Source: Selaginella moellendorffii (taxonomy: Eukaryota; Plantae; Lycopodiophyta). From it: a stretch of DNA of 64,000 nt. The position numbers and the translations under genes are program-made. This document shows, one piece after another, positions 25,116-37,854 of the stretch. Position 1 is the stretch's first letter. Each line of letters opens with the position of its first letter. The stretch spans positions 945,702-1,009,701 of the forward strand of contig NW_003314291.1 of assembly GCF_000143415.4 (NCBI RefSeq). Direction: 5' to 3'. The notes beneath the pieces are model-generated. The model was not told the origin of the DNA. It saw only the letters and a list, made by a program, of their open reading frames with translations, and did not search any database.

Positions 25116-26327
25116 CTAGAGGAGGATTGACGTAACGGCATTGTTGTGAAGAGGATCTTGTAAATGATCGAGCAAGTTCTCCAAAGGGCCCTTCTTTGTC
25201 ACGAGAGCTTGGACGTAAAATCCCAGCCACGCCACCATCGCTAGACGGCCATTCTTTATCTCCTTGACTTTGAGCTCCTCGAAAGTAGCCGGATCTTTGG
25301 AGAGTCCCAGCGGATCAAACAGGACTCCTCCCGGATAGTTGATGTCTCCGGGAAGATAGATTCCTAGCGGTTCTAGTGCTTCGATGCCGCAGTACCTGGC
25401 ATACTCTGGACCAACCTGTTTGGATCATAGATTAGTTTGTATCGATTGGAAGAACTTGACGAGAAAAAGGACGATTTACCATGAGGAGGAACTGGCAGAT
25501 CGCAATGACGATGATGCCTTGAGCCCCAACAATGTGGAGGCCTGGAATCCCGAGATAATCTAGCGTGTCGCCCTCGAGCTTGGCATACCCGACTCGCCAC
25601 CACACGCTCTCTGCGAAGTTAACTCCAAAAAACTTTTCCAAGACCTCCGGGATCACCACTCCCAGCGCTGCTAGCATCGCCCATCGAGCATGCAAAATCT
25701 CGAAACTGGAAGAAGAATAAGAAAAGAACTACGTGATAGTAAGTTCCATAGACTTCACGGGAGGGAACTTACTTGAAGAACTTATCGAATTTTGCGGGAT
25801 CTTTTCCAAGTCCCGCTATGTCGAAGCCATAATCTCCAGGAAAGCTTCCTTGGAGATGATCAGGATAGTCGTATGGAATCGGCCCCAGCCATTTGGGACG
25901 ATCTTGGCCAAACCACACACTAGAGCCAAGCGATCAGCAAATTAATCTCCATCTAAAAGGATTTCTTTACCTCACCTCGCGTCCCTAGCCCTCATTCTCG
26001 CGGCATCCACAGCCGATCGGGAGTTCTCCGCCGCGGCCTTGGTCTCTTGCATCCTCTCCTGGAGCTGCTTGCCGAGCGAGCTATTCGCGATTGCCTTGAC
26101 TGCCGTGAAGGGAAATGCCGAGAACACAAGAACACCGGCGAGCTGGGAGCTCATCAAAATCACTGGAAATCATCTCGCAGCCGCATTAATCCATCTCTGC
26201 TCACCTCTTGCCAGGACGCCCTGCAGGAACAAGCATTGCGGCAGCGCCTGGGCGCTCTCCTCCTCCTTGCCCCATGGAATTTGCCCCAAGAACACGCCTC
26301 GCTGGTGGCGAGAATGGAAGAAGCCAT
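25116..26327 (-). CDS. LHCB7: Chlorophyll a/b-binding protein LHCB7
   Basis: Transit peptide; LHCB7-specific [24 protein letters not shown]; DRPKWLGP; GDYGFD; [15 protein letters not shown]; [28 protein letters not shown]; [12 protein letters not shown]. Confidence 0.93.
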
Positions 26328-26488
26328 GAGCTAATGGAGAATCTTTTCGTAAGACCGTTGACTATTGACCAGCTCATTTATGGAGAATCTTTTCGCATAT
26401 GCTTCAGAATGACCGTTGATAGTTGACCAATTGACCAGCTTGACGGTGATCTATCCAATTATTTATTTTCTTCTTTTCGAGCGTGGCT

Positions 26489-26746
26489 ATGGCGTCGGCT
26501 ATGGAGGCGCGATCCCTCTATCGATCACTGCTTCGCGAAGCACGGAGATTTCCCGATTATAACATTAGGGAGTACATCGCGAGGCGCTGCCGTCAAGGAT
26601 TCGAGTCTAGCAAGGCAGGAGGAGGCCGTGATTTGTTAGCGTTTGGGGAAGAACAGCTCGAGCTTGTCAAGAGGCAGAGCCAAGTCTATGGTATGTATGC
26701 CCCCAAAATCAAGAATGTGATGGAAATCAAAGTCTCCAAAGCTTGA
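26489..26746 (+). CDS. LYRM4: LYR-motif protein 4 / ISD11 (Fe-S cluster assembly)
   Basis: SLYRSLLREARRFPDYNIREY...QLELVKRQSQVYGMYAPKIKNVME. Confidence 0.9.
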   Translation: MASAMEARSLYRSLLREARRFPDYNIREYIARRCRQGFESSKAGGGRDLLAFGEEQLELVKRQSQVYGMYAPKIKNVMEIKVSKA

Positions 26747-26857
26747 TAGAGAAGATCCCAAGATGATCACACGTCGATCTTGCAAGAACTCCGGTGTGCG
26801 CGTGTGTGTGTGAGAGAGAGAGGGTTTATTCTTATAAACATGCCTACCAATTGATTC

Positions 26858-27454
26858 TCATAGTTCTTGCTTGCTCCTAGATCTCTCCCATTTCTCGGGA
26901 AGAACAGGACGAATCGACTTACCCAGTGCTGGCCGCCGAGGCTTGTCCCTTCCAGAATCCCAGAGGTTTTGATCTTCCTTGGTCGGTGGTGAGCCAATCT
27001 CGGTGATACTCACCGGCAGGAATGGCCGATCGTCTCCATTGTCGACCGAGAAGAATCCTTCCTCTTGCTCGCCTAGATCGCCATCCCCAGCAGCAGCGTT
27101 CCTGGATGGGCCATCGCGCCAGTTCCACAAATCCAGCGCGCCTGGCTTGCGGAACCTATCGGCTAGGGCCGAGAGCTGCTCGTCGGCCATGGGCGTCCTG
27201 GCCGGGAAGCTCTGCTGCTCCCACGGCTTCTCCAGCACCGTCACCGCGGCCATCATCTCCTGCCGCTTGCGCTTCTCGTAGATCCGGCGCTCGCGCAGCA
27301 GCCACGCCTTCTCGCGCATCCGCTGCTTGTGCATCTGGAGCCGCTTCCACTGCCACTTGGTGACGCCGCCAGGGAATGTGCGCTTGCCGCCGCCCATTCG
27401 CACCACCAGCAGCTCCCATCGATTGCCACACCCGGCGCTCAAGCTCATCGCCAT
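26858..27454 (-). CDS. Stand-alone protein homologous to the N-terminal domain of plant organellar DEAD-box helicases RH33/RH48 (no helicase core)
   Basis: MGGGKRTFPGGVTKWQWKR...RERRIYEKRKR...LEKPWE...ADEQLSALADRFRKPGALDLWNWRDGP; 198-aa intronless ORF. Confidence 0.75.
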   Translation of the reverse strand: MAMSLSAGCGNRWELLVVRMGGGKRTFPGGVTKWQWKRLQMHKQRMREKAWLLRERRIYEKRKRQEMMAAVTVLEKPWEQQSFPARTPMADEQLSALADRFRKPGALDLWNWRDGPSRNAAAGDGDLGEQEEGFFSVDNGDDRPFLPVSITEIGSPPTKEDQNLWDSGRDKPRRPALGKSIRPVLPEKWERSRSKQEL

Positions 27455-27526
27455 GGCGGGAAAACCTCAAGAACCCTAAAATATCGCCATAAACCCTAAA
27501 ATGTGCTCTTCCAGAATTTTGGGGCG

Positions 27527-28465
27527 ATGGAAGAAGGGCGCATCCGCGAGCTGGAGAACGATGGTGCCACATTGTCTGCGAGGATCATCCTCTCTTCAGT
27601 GAGTGAAAATCTTGGCGCAGGCACTGGAAGTAGAGAATGCAAATTTAACTGCTCGATTCGTTCTTCTTCTCTCCCATTCGATTTACTCTCTGTTCTTTCA
27701 GCATGGTGGAAACCAGTCGCTAAAATCGAAGCGGACTCACAAGAATCACAAGAAAGAAAATCAAGGTACTCTACGATCCTTTTAAAGGAATTCCTAGTGA
27801 CTCTTTCTCTCTTGCTAGGAAACTCTAAGCGACGATTTGTAGCTTTGAAAATCATGTACATTGGCAGCTGGTACGTTCCTATTCTTTGTTTGGAAGAAAG
27901 CTGATTTTTTTTTCTTTTTTTTTTTTCTTTTTTTTTTGCTGCTTGCAGGTTATTGCTTGCTTGCTCTTTTTTTCGCTGGGAAGGAAGAAGTCTGTGGGTT
28001 ATGCACAAGGCATTCTTATGGCATCAAGTTCGTTGCATGGCCGCCGTGCTTTTCATGATTGACTGTGGTCGTGAAATACCAATATTTGTCTCCAGAGTAA
28101 GCTGGAGACAAATAAGATCACTGATTTTGTGGATCATCGACGACCTTTTCGAGTGGACAAGACCACGAGAAAATCACAGTATTTGTGCCTTTCAAGGCCT
28201 ACACTTCTACTGCCGACCTGGTAAGTGACTGTGACGGCTAGATTCAAGCTTGGATTTTGATTGAAATATCTGTGTAGAATCCAAAGTTACAGATACATAA
28301 GCATTTGTTAAAACATCTCGACCAAACGTTACTGACGGCTGCACTGATTTCCGAAGGCATGCTGGAGCTTGGTCAGCATGCTTCTCTTGTATTTCTGCAT
28401 GGTTAAATCCATGATGATGCAGACCCAATTGTTTATTTTAGCAAAACAAATTATCTGAACGTAAG
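27527..28465 (+). pseudogene. Deleted copy of the PUS3-like tRNA pseudouridine synthase
   Basis: Near-identical to parts of 38333-40230 but missing the catalytic CGRTD exon and several others (jumps at ~27940-27975), with small deletions removing splice donors. Confidence 0.85.
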
Positions 28466-28529
28466 CAGATTTTGATTTTGAACGCAACCAACGCTTAAAA
28501 TACTTTGGTAAACTTACTTATCTTGCTCT

Positions 28530-31500
28530 AGTGAAAGATTCCATAGATTTTGTGAGAGGGCTCCCTTCCTCCTCGAGCTGGATCTTGCAAATTATAGTAG
28601 ATCCTAAGTTTTGGACTATAAAGTCTATAACTTTGGCAGTAAAGAACAAGCAGCGTGGAAAGTTTTGGAACTTGCAATGAATTGTGTGGAACATCGCTCT
28701 GATAGGAGGCCGAACATGAGCACTGTGGTAAATGAGCTGAAAGAGGCCTTGCCTCTCTCAATTTCCTTGCATGCCTGGAGGAAGCAGAGCTGCTGTCACA
28801 AAAGACTTGAAAGAGTGTTTTTACCCATTTTGAAAGAGCAACTTCTTCCTCTGGAAGCAATAGATTGATGGGTTCACGGCTGCAAGCAATCTCGAACAGT
28901 ACCACTCCAAAGCTGTACACATCTGATTTCCCATGAGCCTGGCGTTAGAAAAAAAAAAAGTTAGTCATTAAGAAAGTTTTTGCTCACTCTGAGTGAGTGA
29001 TGGTTGAGACGTGAGATATGTTGTTCCTGTTGTAAAGCTTGGAAAGCCCAAAGTCACTAACTTTGGCAACCATGGTAGAGCTTAAAAGTTTATTAGTTGT
29101 CTTCACATCCCGATGGATGATATGTAAATTGCAGGAGGTGTGCAAATATTCCAATCCTGTGAAACTTGTTGTCGAGGGTCACCACACTGTTTACCTTGAA
29201 CAGCGTCTAAAGCAACTTGCAGCCGAGATTTCTAGCTCAAAGCTGGACATTGTGCCTATACATAACCACATCAAAGAGATGACAAATGGAAACGAAAGAA
29301 ATCACTTTGCTCTCTCAAAGTTCTATTCGCTTTGACTCCTGATCACAATAGCCAAGGAACGACACCAAGTTCCTGTGGTGTACCACCAATAAAATATCAA
29401 TCTGCCAATGGTTTGAGATCAGTTTGCTATCCATGCTTGACGATCAAACTCACCTCCGTGTTAAATTCATGATATCCTTGCTTTGAGGCGTTGACAAAAC
29501 CTTAACAGCAACTTTAACATTATTGGAAAGGCAGCCATAGTACACTGGTCCAAAACTTCCTTCGCCAAGAACTTGCTTAAAGTTGTTTGTGGCCATGATC
29601 ACGGAGTTTGGAGACTTTGGACCAGGGAGATGAGAAAGCTATAAGCACAAGCCAGCATTTTGCAACTTACCTGACTCTTGTGGTCTGATGGTTCTTTGTC
29701 CGTCTTTCTATGGGACATGAAACACACAACGAGTCCAGCTGCGAGTAGTAACACAGCTACGCATGGAACCGTGACTCCAATTAAGAGTGTTGTATTTTTC
29801 TTCTTCTTCTTTGTGTCGAGCTTCTCGCATAACTTAACAGTAGTGCTGCGGAAGGAAGGAAAACGAAAGATCAATTTCAAGAGAGAATCTCGAGAAACGA
29901 ACTTGAAAGAGAGCTGCAGTTCTGGTGGCACGCAATCCATGCTGTTGTTTTGTAATGACCTGTGAAATAGTGACTGTAAGAAAAACTCTAATTTTCGAGC
30001 ATACACTGTACTCACAAAACCGTGAGTTTTTTCAAGGAGCTAAAGTTTGGAACTGGCCCTGTCAATGCATTGTTATCCAGATATATGGAAAAAACTAAAG
30101 ATGAGAAGAAAACTAAGAATTGCTAGAGAACCGTTCGTAAATTTTTGTTAGATGCAACAGCTTCTTGCTTGACTGGGATATATTACCACTCAGACGTTGG
30201 TTGGATAAGTTCCTGCAATGTCAATTTCTTCAGTTTCGTATGATAGATATGAGTCCTCTTACAGCTCTGTGATTCTGGCCGGGATTTGAGCTATGTATCC
30301 CTCCCAAGTATAAGGAAGAGGAAAGCAACGTCCAAGAATTGCTACCACTTCCAGATAAGAAAACAAGAGAAGACTATCACAAATGAGACAACGTATAATA
30401 AATACCATCCTCGGGTTCTGTCCCTGGCAGGAGACCGCCTTTGTTCTCGAAGAGCTCGGCGGCATTGAGGATTGGACCCAGCGTAGAGTTTAGCATGGGA
30501 ACGAGAAAAACGCGTGTTGGATCTAAAAGCTCCACCGGAGCTTTGAGATACATTTGCGCCGAAGCCTGGGTGTGTTTCTCGATGTTGATGGTCACCGCGA
30601 CCTGGAGAGTTTCAAGAGAGGTGGTGTTGAAAAGGAGCGTGAACTCTCTCGTGTCGTTCCCCAGAGCGAAGAACTCCGCAAAGTAAAAGTTCACGTAGTA
30701 CTTCGTTGCCTCGAGCGTGGCTGGAAACTCGAAGACCATCACGGACGATCGCGGAGCTCATCACCTCTATGGGAGGCTTGTTAAAAGTTTTCCCTACGGA
30801 AACAGTCGAGTTAGTGTTGATCCGCTGGTAGCTTCCCATGTTTTTGAAGCTCTTGTCAGCTCTCCATATTCGATCGTATTCATCCAAAGGATACCTGTTC
30901 GAAGAATTGAACGCTCGAAGAGAAAAAAGTTTGGGAGTTTCATACCTGATATCTTCGTTTGAAGTTGCTCCAAGATTGATCCTTCTCCACATGAGCAAGA
31001 CCTCACTATAATCCGAGACGCTTCCACTCATCCCGGGCGTCAGCCTCCTAATGGGATATTTGCTGGTGAGTTCGACCGGGTTCCATAGCGTCGAGTTTGT
31101 AGCTTTCACCACAAACTCGTAGTACCACGACGACTGGCTTCCCAGGCTCGCGTTCATCACAGCGTTCGCACCAATAGCAATGGCAAACTCGACTAGAGTT
31201 GATTCCAGCCCATCGTAGTTTCCGTAGTAGAAGCGCGGCCTCACAATGTAGCTCTTGTCCACCACAACTGGCAAAGCGTAGCAATGCTTCCGGGAGGTGT
31301 CGCTAAAGTAGCGAAGACGCTGCAAGTAGATCCGACCCTTTGTTCAACGAGCTTGAAATGGATCCGCTGGTGATGTACTTGTCATCGGGTATCCATTCGA
31401 TACCATTTTCGTCCGTGTGGACGTCTAAAGCGCTCCATAGTCGAGACTCAAAAATCCTGCAGAAAGTCGTATACAGTTCTTCCAAAAACCATATTTTGGA

Positions 31501-31600
31501 TCGTGAAATGCCACTCGCCTGGTTGAGCTGAAACATAACTCTGTGCTGTAAGGATCAAGCCAAGCATGAAAAGGAGAAGGAGATGATCGGCTTCCCACAT
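28530..31600 (-). pseudogene. Malectin-like-domain LRR-RLK (LRR-I), copy 1, disrupted
   Basis: Colinear with 40355-43702 but carries many deletions and frameshifts (GDPC region, kinase subdomain VIII and final exon all damaged). Confidence 0.85.
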
Positions 31601-32689
31601 TTTCCGCTCGAGCCGAAACTCCGGCCTAGTCCCCAAAGAGATGTGCTCATGGTCTCGAGCGAAGAAAACGAGAATATTCCAGCCTGTGCAAAGACCAAGC
31701 AAAAGAAAACGCATATAAGGATTAGCAGGATGTTTCACGATCTAAATCAGACAGGCAAGAGATGAGACTTTGGATATGTCAATGGCAATCCATTTGCATC
31801 ACCTTTGTTCTCGCAGATGCCGTAAGAAACGGCATTGTTCGTGACGTGGAAGGGTATTTTAAAATCTATAAAATCAGTCACCATTTTGCGCCACTCTACT
31901 ACCTGATTCATGAATAAACCCACCATTCTTTCTTGGGTTTTCTTATCTGGGAGAGAATGTGTATGCGTCTCAATCCATTCCATCTGAAAAGTTCTTTTGC
32001 CCATCTCGGTGCCTTCAACCACATTTCTACTTACGAACCTAGTGTGTTTTCTTCTATCTTCCTTTCACACATCATATGTGACAACAGATCGTTGCAAAAG
32101 GAATATACTGTATCTGGAGGATCCAGTGAGTCCAACTTTTGAGAAATAAGCACAAAGTCTCTGACCGTTTCAAAACCTTTTAAGCATTTAGATGTGTCTT
32201 TGAATCCCTATGGATAAAGTTCTTGAGCTGTGGCCTGGTGATGAGGAAACTTTCGATGATCGATCCAAGAGCACTGATAACAGCTTGCGACGCCATGATT
32301 GCAGCAAAGAAACATTTCGTCACCTAGGAATCATTTTTAGGGCTTGGTTGCATATAATTAGTCTGGGGTGGAGGATTGTGAATTGAAAAGTACTTTATCA
32401 CAATATTCTGGGTTCCTCAACACTGCCTAGAAAGTGGTTCCAAGCCTCGGGGGCGGCACGGCTGCTTGGCAAGGGCCAGCGTCACGCGGCGGGAAAGGGG
32501 AGGAAGTATAACTTTTGAGATTAATGGTGGGTAATTAAGTCCAGATATTTTGCAAAAAGGTGGTTATAAAGTTGGGAATTTATCTTATCACTTGGAGAAA
32601 CTTTTCAGAAAGTAGAAATTTTGTTGCTATAAAAGATTCTAGAGACTCTTGGGATGGAAGACTTGCTTGCTGACCATAAACACTCAGCA

Positions 32690-33100
32690 ATAATTTACTT
32701 TAGACCCAAATCTAAAGTATGATTTATATTAATTTAACCACTGAAAAAAGTACTTAATTAGCTTAATATTTTTAATATTCTGTCTAATTCTGAAGAGTAA
32801 ACTTTTTAATGCTCATAATATATTTTTGGTTTGTTTAAGCAAATTTGTGGATATACCTAGAATGTACTTAGATATTCTACTATCTAATGGTTGTTATTCA
32901 TTCAGATTAATCTTGTATTTTTATATTATTTTTTATTGTATCATCTAATGGTTGATATACAATAAGATTAATCTTGTGTTTATGACAAAAATGCTTATAA
33001 TTATAAACTTTATTTGATCAATTGGATTAATAAATAAAAATAACACTACTATTAAGCAAACCAAATGTTAATACATGCAACATCTAACAATTTATTATAA
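32690..33100. repeat. AT-rich dispersed repeat (non-autonomous TE-like)
   Basis: AGATTAATCTTGTGTTTAT...TTATAATTATAA...TTGATCAATT...TACTATTAAGCAAA matches 61285-61390 in reverse orientation. Confidence 0.55.
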
Positions 33101-33103
33101 ATA

Positions 33104-36100
33104 TTATATTCCATTGTTGAAGTTTTGCCTCGAGCTAAAGCTCCCATCCTCCTCAAGCTGAATAGCCTCCCTCAACTCAGTTACCACCATACTCATGTTA
33201 GGCCTTCCCTTGGAGGAGTGCTCCACACATCTCATTGCAACCTCTAAAAGTTTCCATGCTGATTGCTCTCTATAGTTTGATAACTTTGGATCTATTACCG
33301 CTTTCAAGTTGCCTTTCTCAAGTTCCTTGCATGCCTGAAAGTGAAGGCTGCTGTCAAACAAAACAAAAGTGAAAAAAAGTGTTCTTACCCATGTAGAGAG
33401 AACAATTTGCTCCTCTGGAAGAGATAGGTTGATTGGTTCACGACCAGAAGCAATCTCAAACAAAACCAATCCAAAGCTGTATACATCTGATTTCTCCGTG
33501 AGCCTGTTGTATGAATGGTACCTGTCAAACCAGCTTGATTAAAATGAAAACAACATTTTCTAAGCTCACTCTGGATCAAGATATCCTGGAGTTCCTTTTA
33601 TGGCAGTTGAGACATGTGATGCTTCATTTTTGTTAGAAAGCTTGGAAATTCCAAAGTCACTGACTTTGGCAACCATAGCAAAATTTAAAAGTATATTCGT
33701 TGTTTTGATATCTCGATGAATTATGTGTACATTGCATGAGGTGTGAAGATACTCCAATGCTGAGAGAAGTATTGCTCAATTCAAATTTATGCAAACTTGT
33801 TTACCTTGAGCAGCCTCTAAAGCAATTTGCAACCGTGTTTTCCAACTTAATGTTGGGCGGTTTGTGCCTGAAACCATCAAAGAGGCACAAACCATCATGA
33901 AAGAAAGATATTACTATATAACAAAAACTCACCATATAAGTGCTCCCTCAATGTTCCATTTACCAAAAGCTCATACACTAATATAAGCTCAGACCCTTGA
34001 TTACAATAGCCAAGAAAAGTTACCAGGTTTCTGTGGTGCACAACTGATAGAATATCGATCTGTCAAGAAAACACAAATTTAACAATGTTTTTAGATATTT
34101 GAAGTCACCTCCGTGTAAAATTCCTGATGCCCTTGGCTTGAGCTGCTTGACAAAACCTTCACTGCAACTTCAGTACCATCTGGAAGTCGGCCATAATACA
34201 CTGGTCCGAAACTTCCTTCTCCAAGAACCTTCTTAAAGTTGTTTGTGGTATTAATTATATCTTTGTAAGTGAAGCTTTTAGCACTGAAATTTGGAGACTT
34301 TGGCTCTAACCCAGAGAACCGGATCAGTGTGTAAGTTAAAAACTAGGATGAACTTACTTGAATTCTCTGTAGTCTCTTCATCTTGTGCTCTAACAGTTCT
34401 CGGACTGTCCCTCTTTTTACTAGAGAAGAAAAATACAAGTCCAGCTCCAAGTAATAGTATGGCTACAGATGGTACTGCTACCGCAATGATAAGCGTTGTA
34501 TTTTTTTTTCTTGTTGTGCTTTTCACATAAGTTAGCAGTTATGCTGCAAAAAGAAATGATAAGAAAAAAAAAACAATAAAAAAGAAAACTGACTTGAAAG
34601 AGAACTGAAGTTCTGGTGGTATGCAATCCAAACTGTTGTTCTGTAATGACCTGTAAAAGAAACCAGTAAGCAAGGAGCTCAAGCAATGTGGCATGGCATG
34701 TACTCACAAGACCGTAAGATTTTTCAAGGAGCTAAAAGTTGGAACTCGTCCTGTCAATACGTTGTTATCCAAATAGCTGAAACGAGAAACCGTGAAGGAG
34801 ACAAAAAAGTTTCAATACGATACATACATTTTTGTAAGATGTGATAGCTTCCTGATAGACTCTGGTATGGTAGCATTGAGTCGCTGGTTCGACAGGTTCC
34901 TGTAACGTACAAAGGCATAAAGATTCTACGTTAGAAACCTTGTTCTTACAGCTCTGTAATTCTCGCTGGGCTTTGAGCTAAGTCGCAGGTGATCCAGCTC
35001 CAAGTGTAACGATGAGGCAAGCAAGGATCCCCTGACCATCCAGTGAGGTTAAAGTGGTTCATCACCTCGCGTATTGCTAGCACTGTAAAAGAAAGAAAAA
35101 ACAATGTGTTCAAGTATGAGAAAATATGTTTCTTTTCGGCTGCGGATCTTTTACCGTCATCCGATTCTGTCCCTGGGAGGAGATTTTTGAACTCGAGTAG
35201 CTCGGCAGCATTGATAATTGGACCAAGTGTTGAGTTTCGCGTCGGAGTAAAAAGAAACTGCGTCGGATGTGAAAGTTCCACCGGATACTTGAGGTACATT
35301 TGCGTCGATGTCAAAGTGTCGGCCTTTCCGGTGTCAATGATCAGTGGTGAATCTTGAAACATGCTGGTGTTGAAGAAGATCGTGAACTGTCTCGTGTTGT
35401 TGCCTAAATTAGCGAATTCAGCAAAGTAAAAGTTGACTTTGTACAGTGATGTTCTAAGTTTCGCTGGGAATGTAAAGACTATGGCCGAGTCCGAGGTGAT
35501 TGCCGTTCTCATCACCGCCGAGGGAGGCCTGTCAAACGTGCTTGCCGAGACCGTCGAGTTCGTGCTGATTCGCTGGTACTTTTCCAAGCTCGTAATGTTT
35601 GTGTCGGCTTGCCACATTCGATCGTAAGGATCCTCGGGAAACCTGTTTCCACTCCAGTTTTTATTTGCAAGGAGATGTGAAACACACTAGCAAGTGCTTA
35701 CCTGATATCGGCATCCGATGTTGCTCCTAGATTTATCCTTCTCCAGACTACTATAGCTTCATTGGAATCTGAAAGGTTTCCGCTCATGCTAAGTTCCAGT
35801 CTCCGCAGCTCGATTGCCGAGATGAATGGAACATTTGCCGGTGATGTCGAGTTGCTCGCAAGGCAAAAATCCAGCGTCGAATTAGCAGCCTTCACGACAA
35901 ACTCGTGGTACCACGGTTCTCCTTTTGTAATATGTGTATCAGTCACCTTGTTCGCACCGATCAGGATCTCAAACTCTCTGAGAGATGATTCGAGGCCATC
36001 GTAGTTGCCATAGTAAAATATTGGTCTTACAAGGTAAACCTCGTCCACCAGAACTGGCAGTCCATAGCAGTGCTTTCGAGATGTATCCGGAAAGTAGCGA

Positions 36101-36380
36101 AGGCGCTGATAGATTGGACTCAATCCCCTCCTCAGCGTACTTGAAACAGAGGCTTCAACTCCTGTCTTGATGTACTTGCCATCTGGTGTCCACTGGATAC
36201 CAATCTCATCCGTGTGGCTTTCGGAAGCTCCGCAATCAAGGCTCAGAAATCCTGCAAACAAAATGCTCAGACTTTTAACAAAAGATTCATGTCAACCAAC
36301 TAACTTGGTTGAGCTGAAACATAAATCTGTGTTGCGAAGAATGGAGCCGTAAAAAGAAGGATGAGAGGAGTTGACCACAT
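33104..36380 (-). CDS. Malectin-like-domain LRR-RLK (LRR-I), copy 2, apparently intact
   Basis: Signal exon [10 protein letters not shown]...SAQP; FLSLDCG; YGNYDG; DPYDRMW; WSGDPCLP; LRR exons; [22 protein letters not shown]; [12 protein letters not shown]; [11 protein letters not shown]; DFG; GTPGYLDPE; KSDVYSFG. Confidence 0.85.
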
Positions 36381-37115
36381 TGTTGCTACCCTCTTTTTCA
36401 GATAGCTGAAACTTGCTTAAGACCTGGAAAGACATGATAACAACGACGCTGCAACCAGGGACTTTGTCACGCAAACAAACATGCACGCGCAAAGAGCAAG
36501 TCAATAAGATCCATTTGAAAAGTACCTCTGAAAGTTTCTCGCCAAATCCATAGAACGTTCTGGACTTGGAAAAAATCTCTTGAAACTATTCCAGTTTTAC
36601 ATCGAAGTAACAGTCCATGCTGAGGAATTGGCACTCCCTTCAAAGTGAGAGACAAAAGTCACCATTTTCCACCAAACTTGGGAAGAGAAAATGGAGACTT
36701 CAAGCTGTCACGCGTTAACTTAAACAATGAAAGCGATAAGAGGTAGCATACCCTGAACATTATCGCCATCACCAGCCATCGCGTCCACTCTATTGTGCAT
36801 TTGATGAAACTAGCTGTGTAAGTTTGTAAGCTAACAGAGTATACCAACTTACCTGAGTCATCTCTAACGAAGACGCCCATTGATGATCTTGTGCTCGATG
36901 TCTCTTTGCTCGCAGTGTCCGGCTTTTGCATCTGGAAGCTCTCTTGCACCAGCCACGAACGAAAGCCAGGAGTAAATGCGTAACAAGTCTCGTTTTCAAT
37001 CGGCTTCCCAAACTGCAAAAACTTTGTGTGTCGCTTATGTCCGAGACGAGATCACCAGTCGCAAAGCTTTTCCGAAGCTTTGATCTGCTTTCACAATCAC
37101 CCTGCTGCTTGATTC

Positions 37116-37735
37116 ATGGCCGAGCAAGCTTGTCAAGCGCTAGCCATGACCTGGAAATGCTTGCAAGGCGTCATGGATCGAATCAAGCATCGACTCATCC
37201 TTGTCTGTGCTGGAGGAATGCTGGCCGGCACTGGTAACCATCTTTGTGCTGCTCATCGGTACACCAATCTTCCTGCTCTTCCTTCCACTTCTCGCCCCTC
37301 TCGGCATCCTGGCGGTTCTTTTCATCGGTGGGATCCTTCGTCACCACTAGCTTGGCTCTTCAAAGTCGCAAAGTTTGGAGCCGAAGCCATGATCCATACC
37401 GTGACCGGCAACTTCGTCGAGATCTTCACTGGAAACGTTGGATCCCACGTCGCCAGCATCGTCACAAATGCCGCTGGCGGTGTCAAGAACGTTGCTGTGG
37501 CTGTGAGTGGAAAAACCTCGCATGCTGTGGGCACGGCGATGGCGAAGCATCGGGCGTAGTCGCCAGTGGTCTAGTGGAGACCGCCAAGAACACTGGAAGG
37601 CTCTTGAGATTGGAACCACTGCAATGACTGGGGGAGTTCTCGAGCTTGGATCATGTGTAACTGGCGGAGTTCTCGAGCTTGGATCGAGCGTAACCGGCAC
37701 TGTGACTGAACTTGGATCCAAGCTATAGCTACCAG
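37116..37735 (+). pseudogene. Frameshifted copy of the oleosin-like gene
   Basis: Reverse-complement match to 46020-46738, with deletions and frameshifts through the hydrophobic core. Confidence 0.85.
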
Positions 37736-37830
37736 TTCTTGCGGCAAGAAGGGGAGCCAGGTGCTTGGGAAGGCGCTGATGAAGCGGCGGAACGCGGACA
37801 TCACCACGATGACCTGGAGCGTCGGCACGG
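37736..37830 (+). pseudogene. LSG1 5'-end fragment
   Basis: TTCTTGCGGCAAGAAGGGGAGCCAGGTGCTTGGGAAGGCGCTGATGAAGCGGCGGAACGCGGACA matches ~49717-49790 with the ATG deleted. Confidence 0.8.
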
Positions 37831-37854
37831 CTCGTGATTGATAGCATTTGGCAA

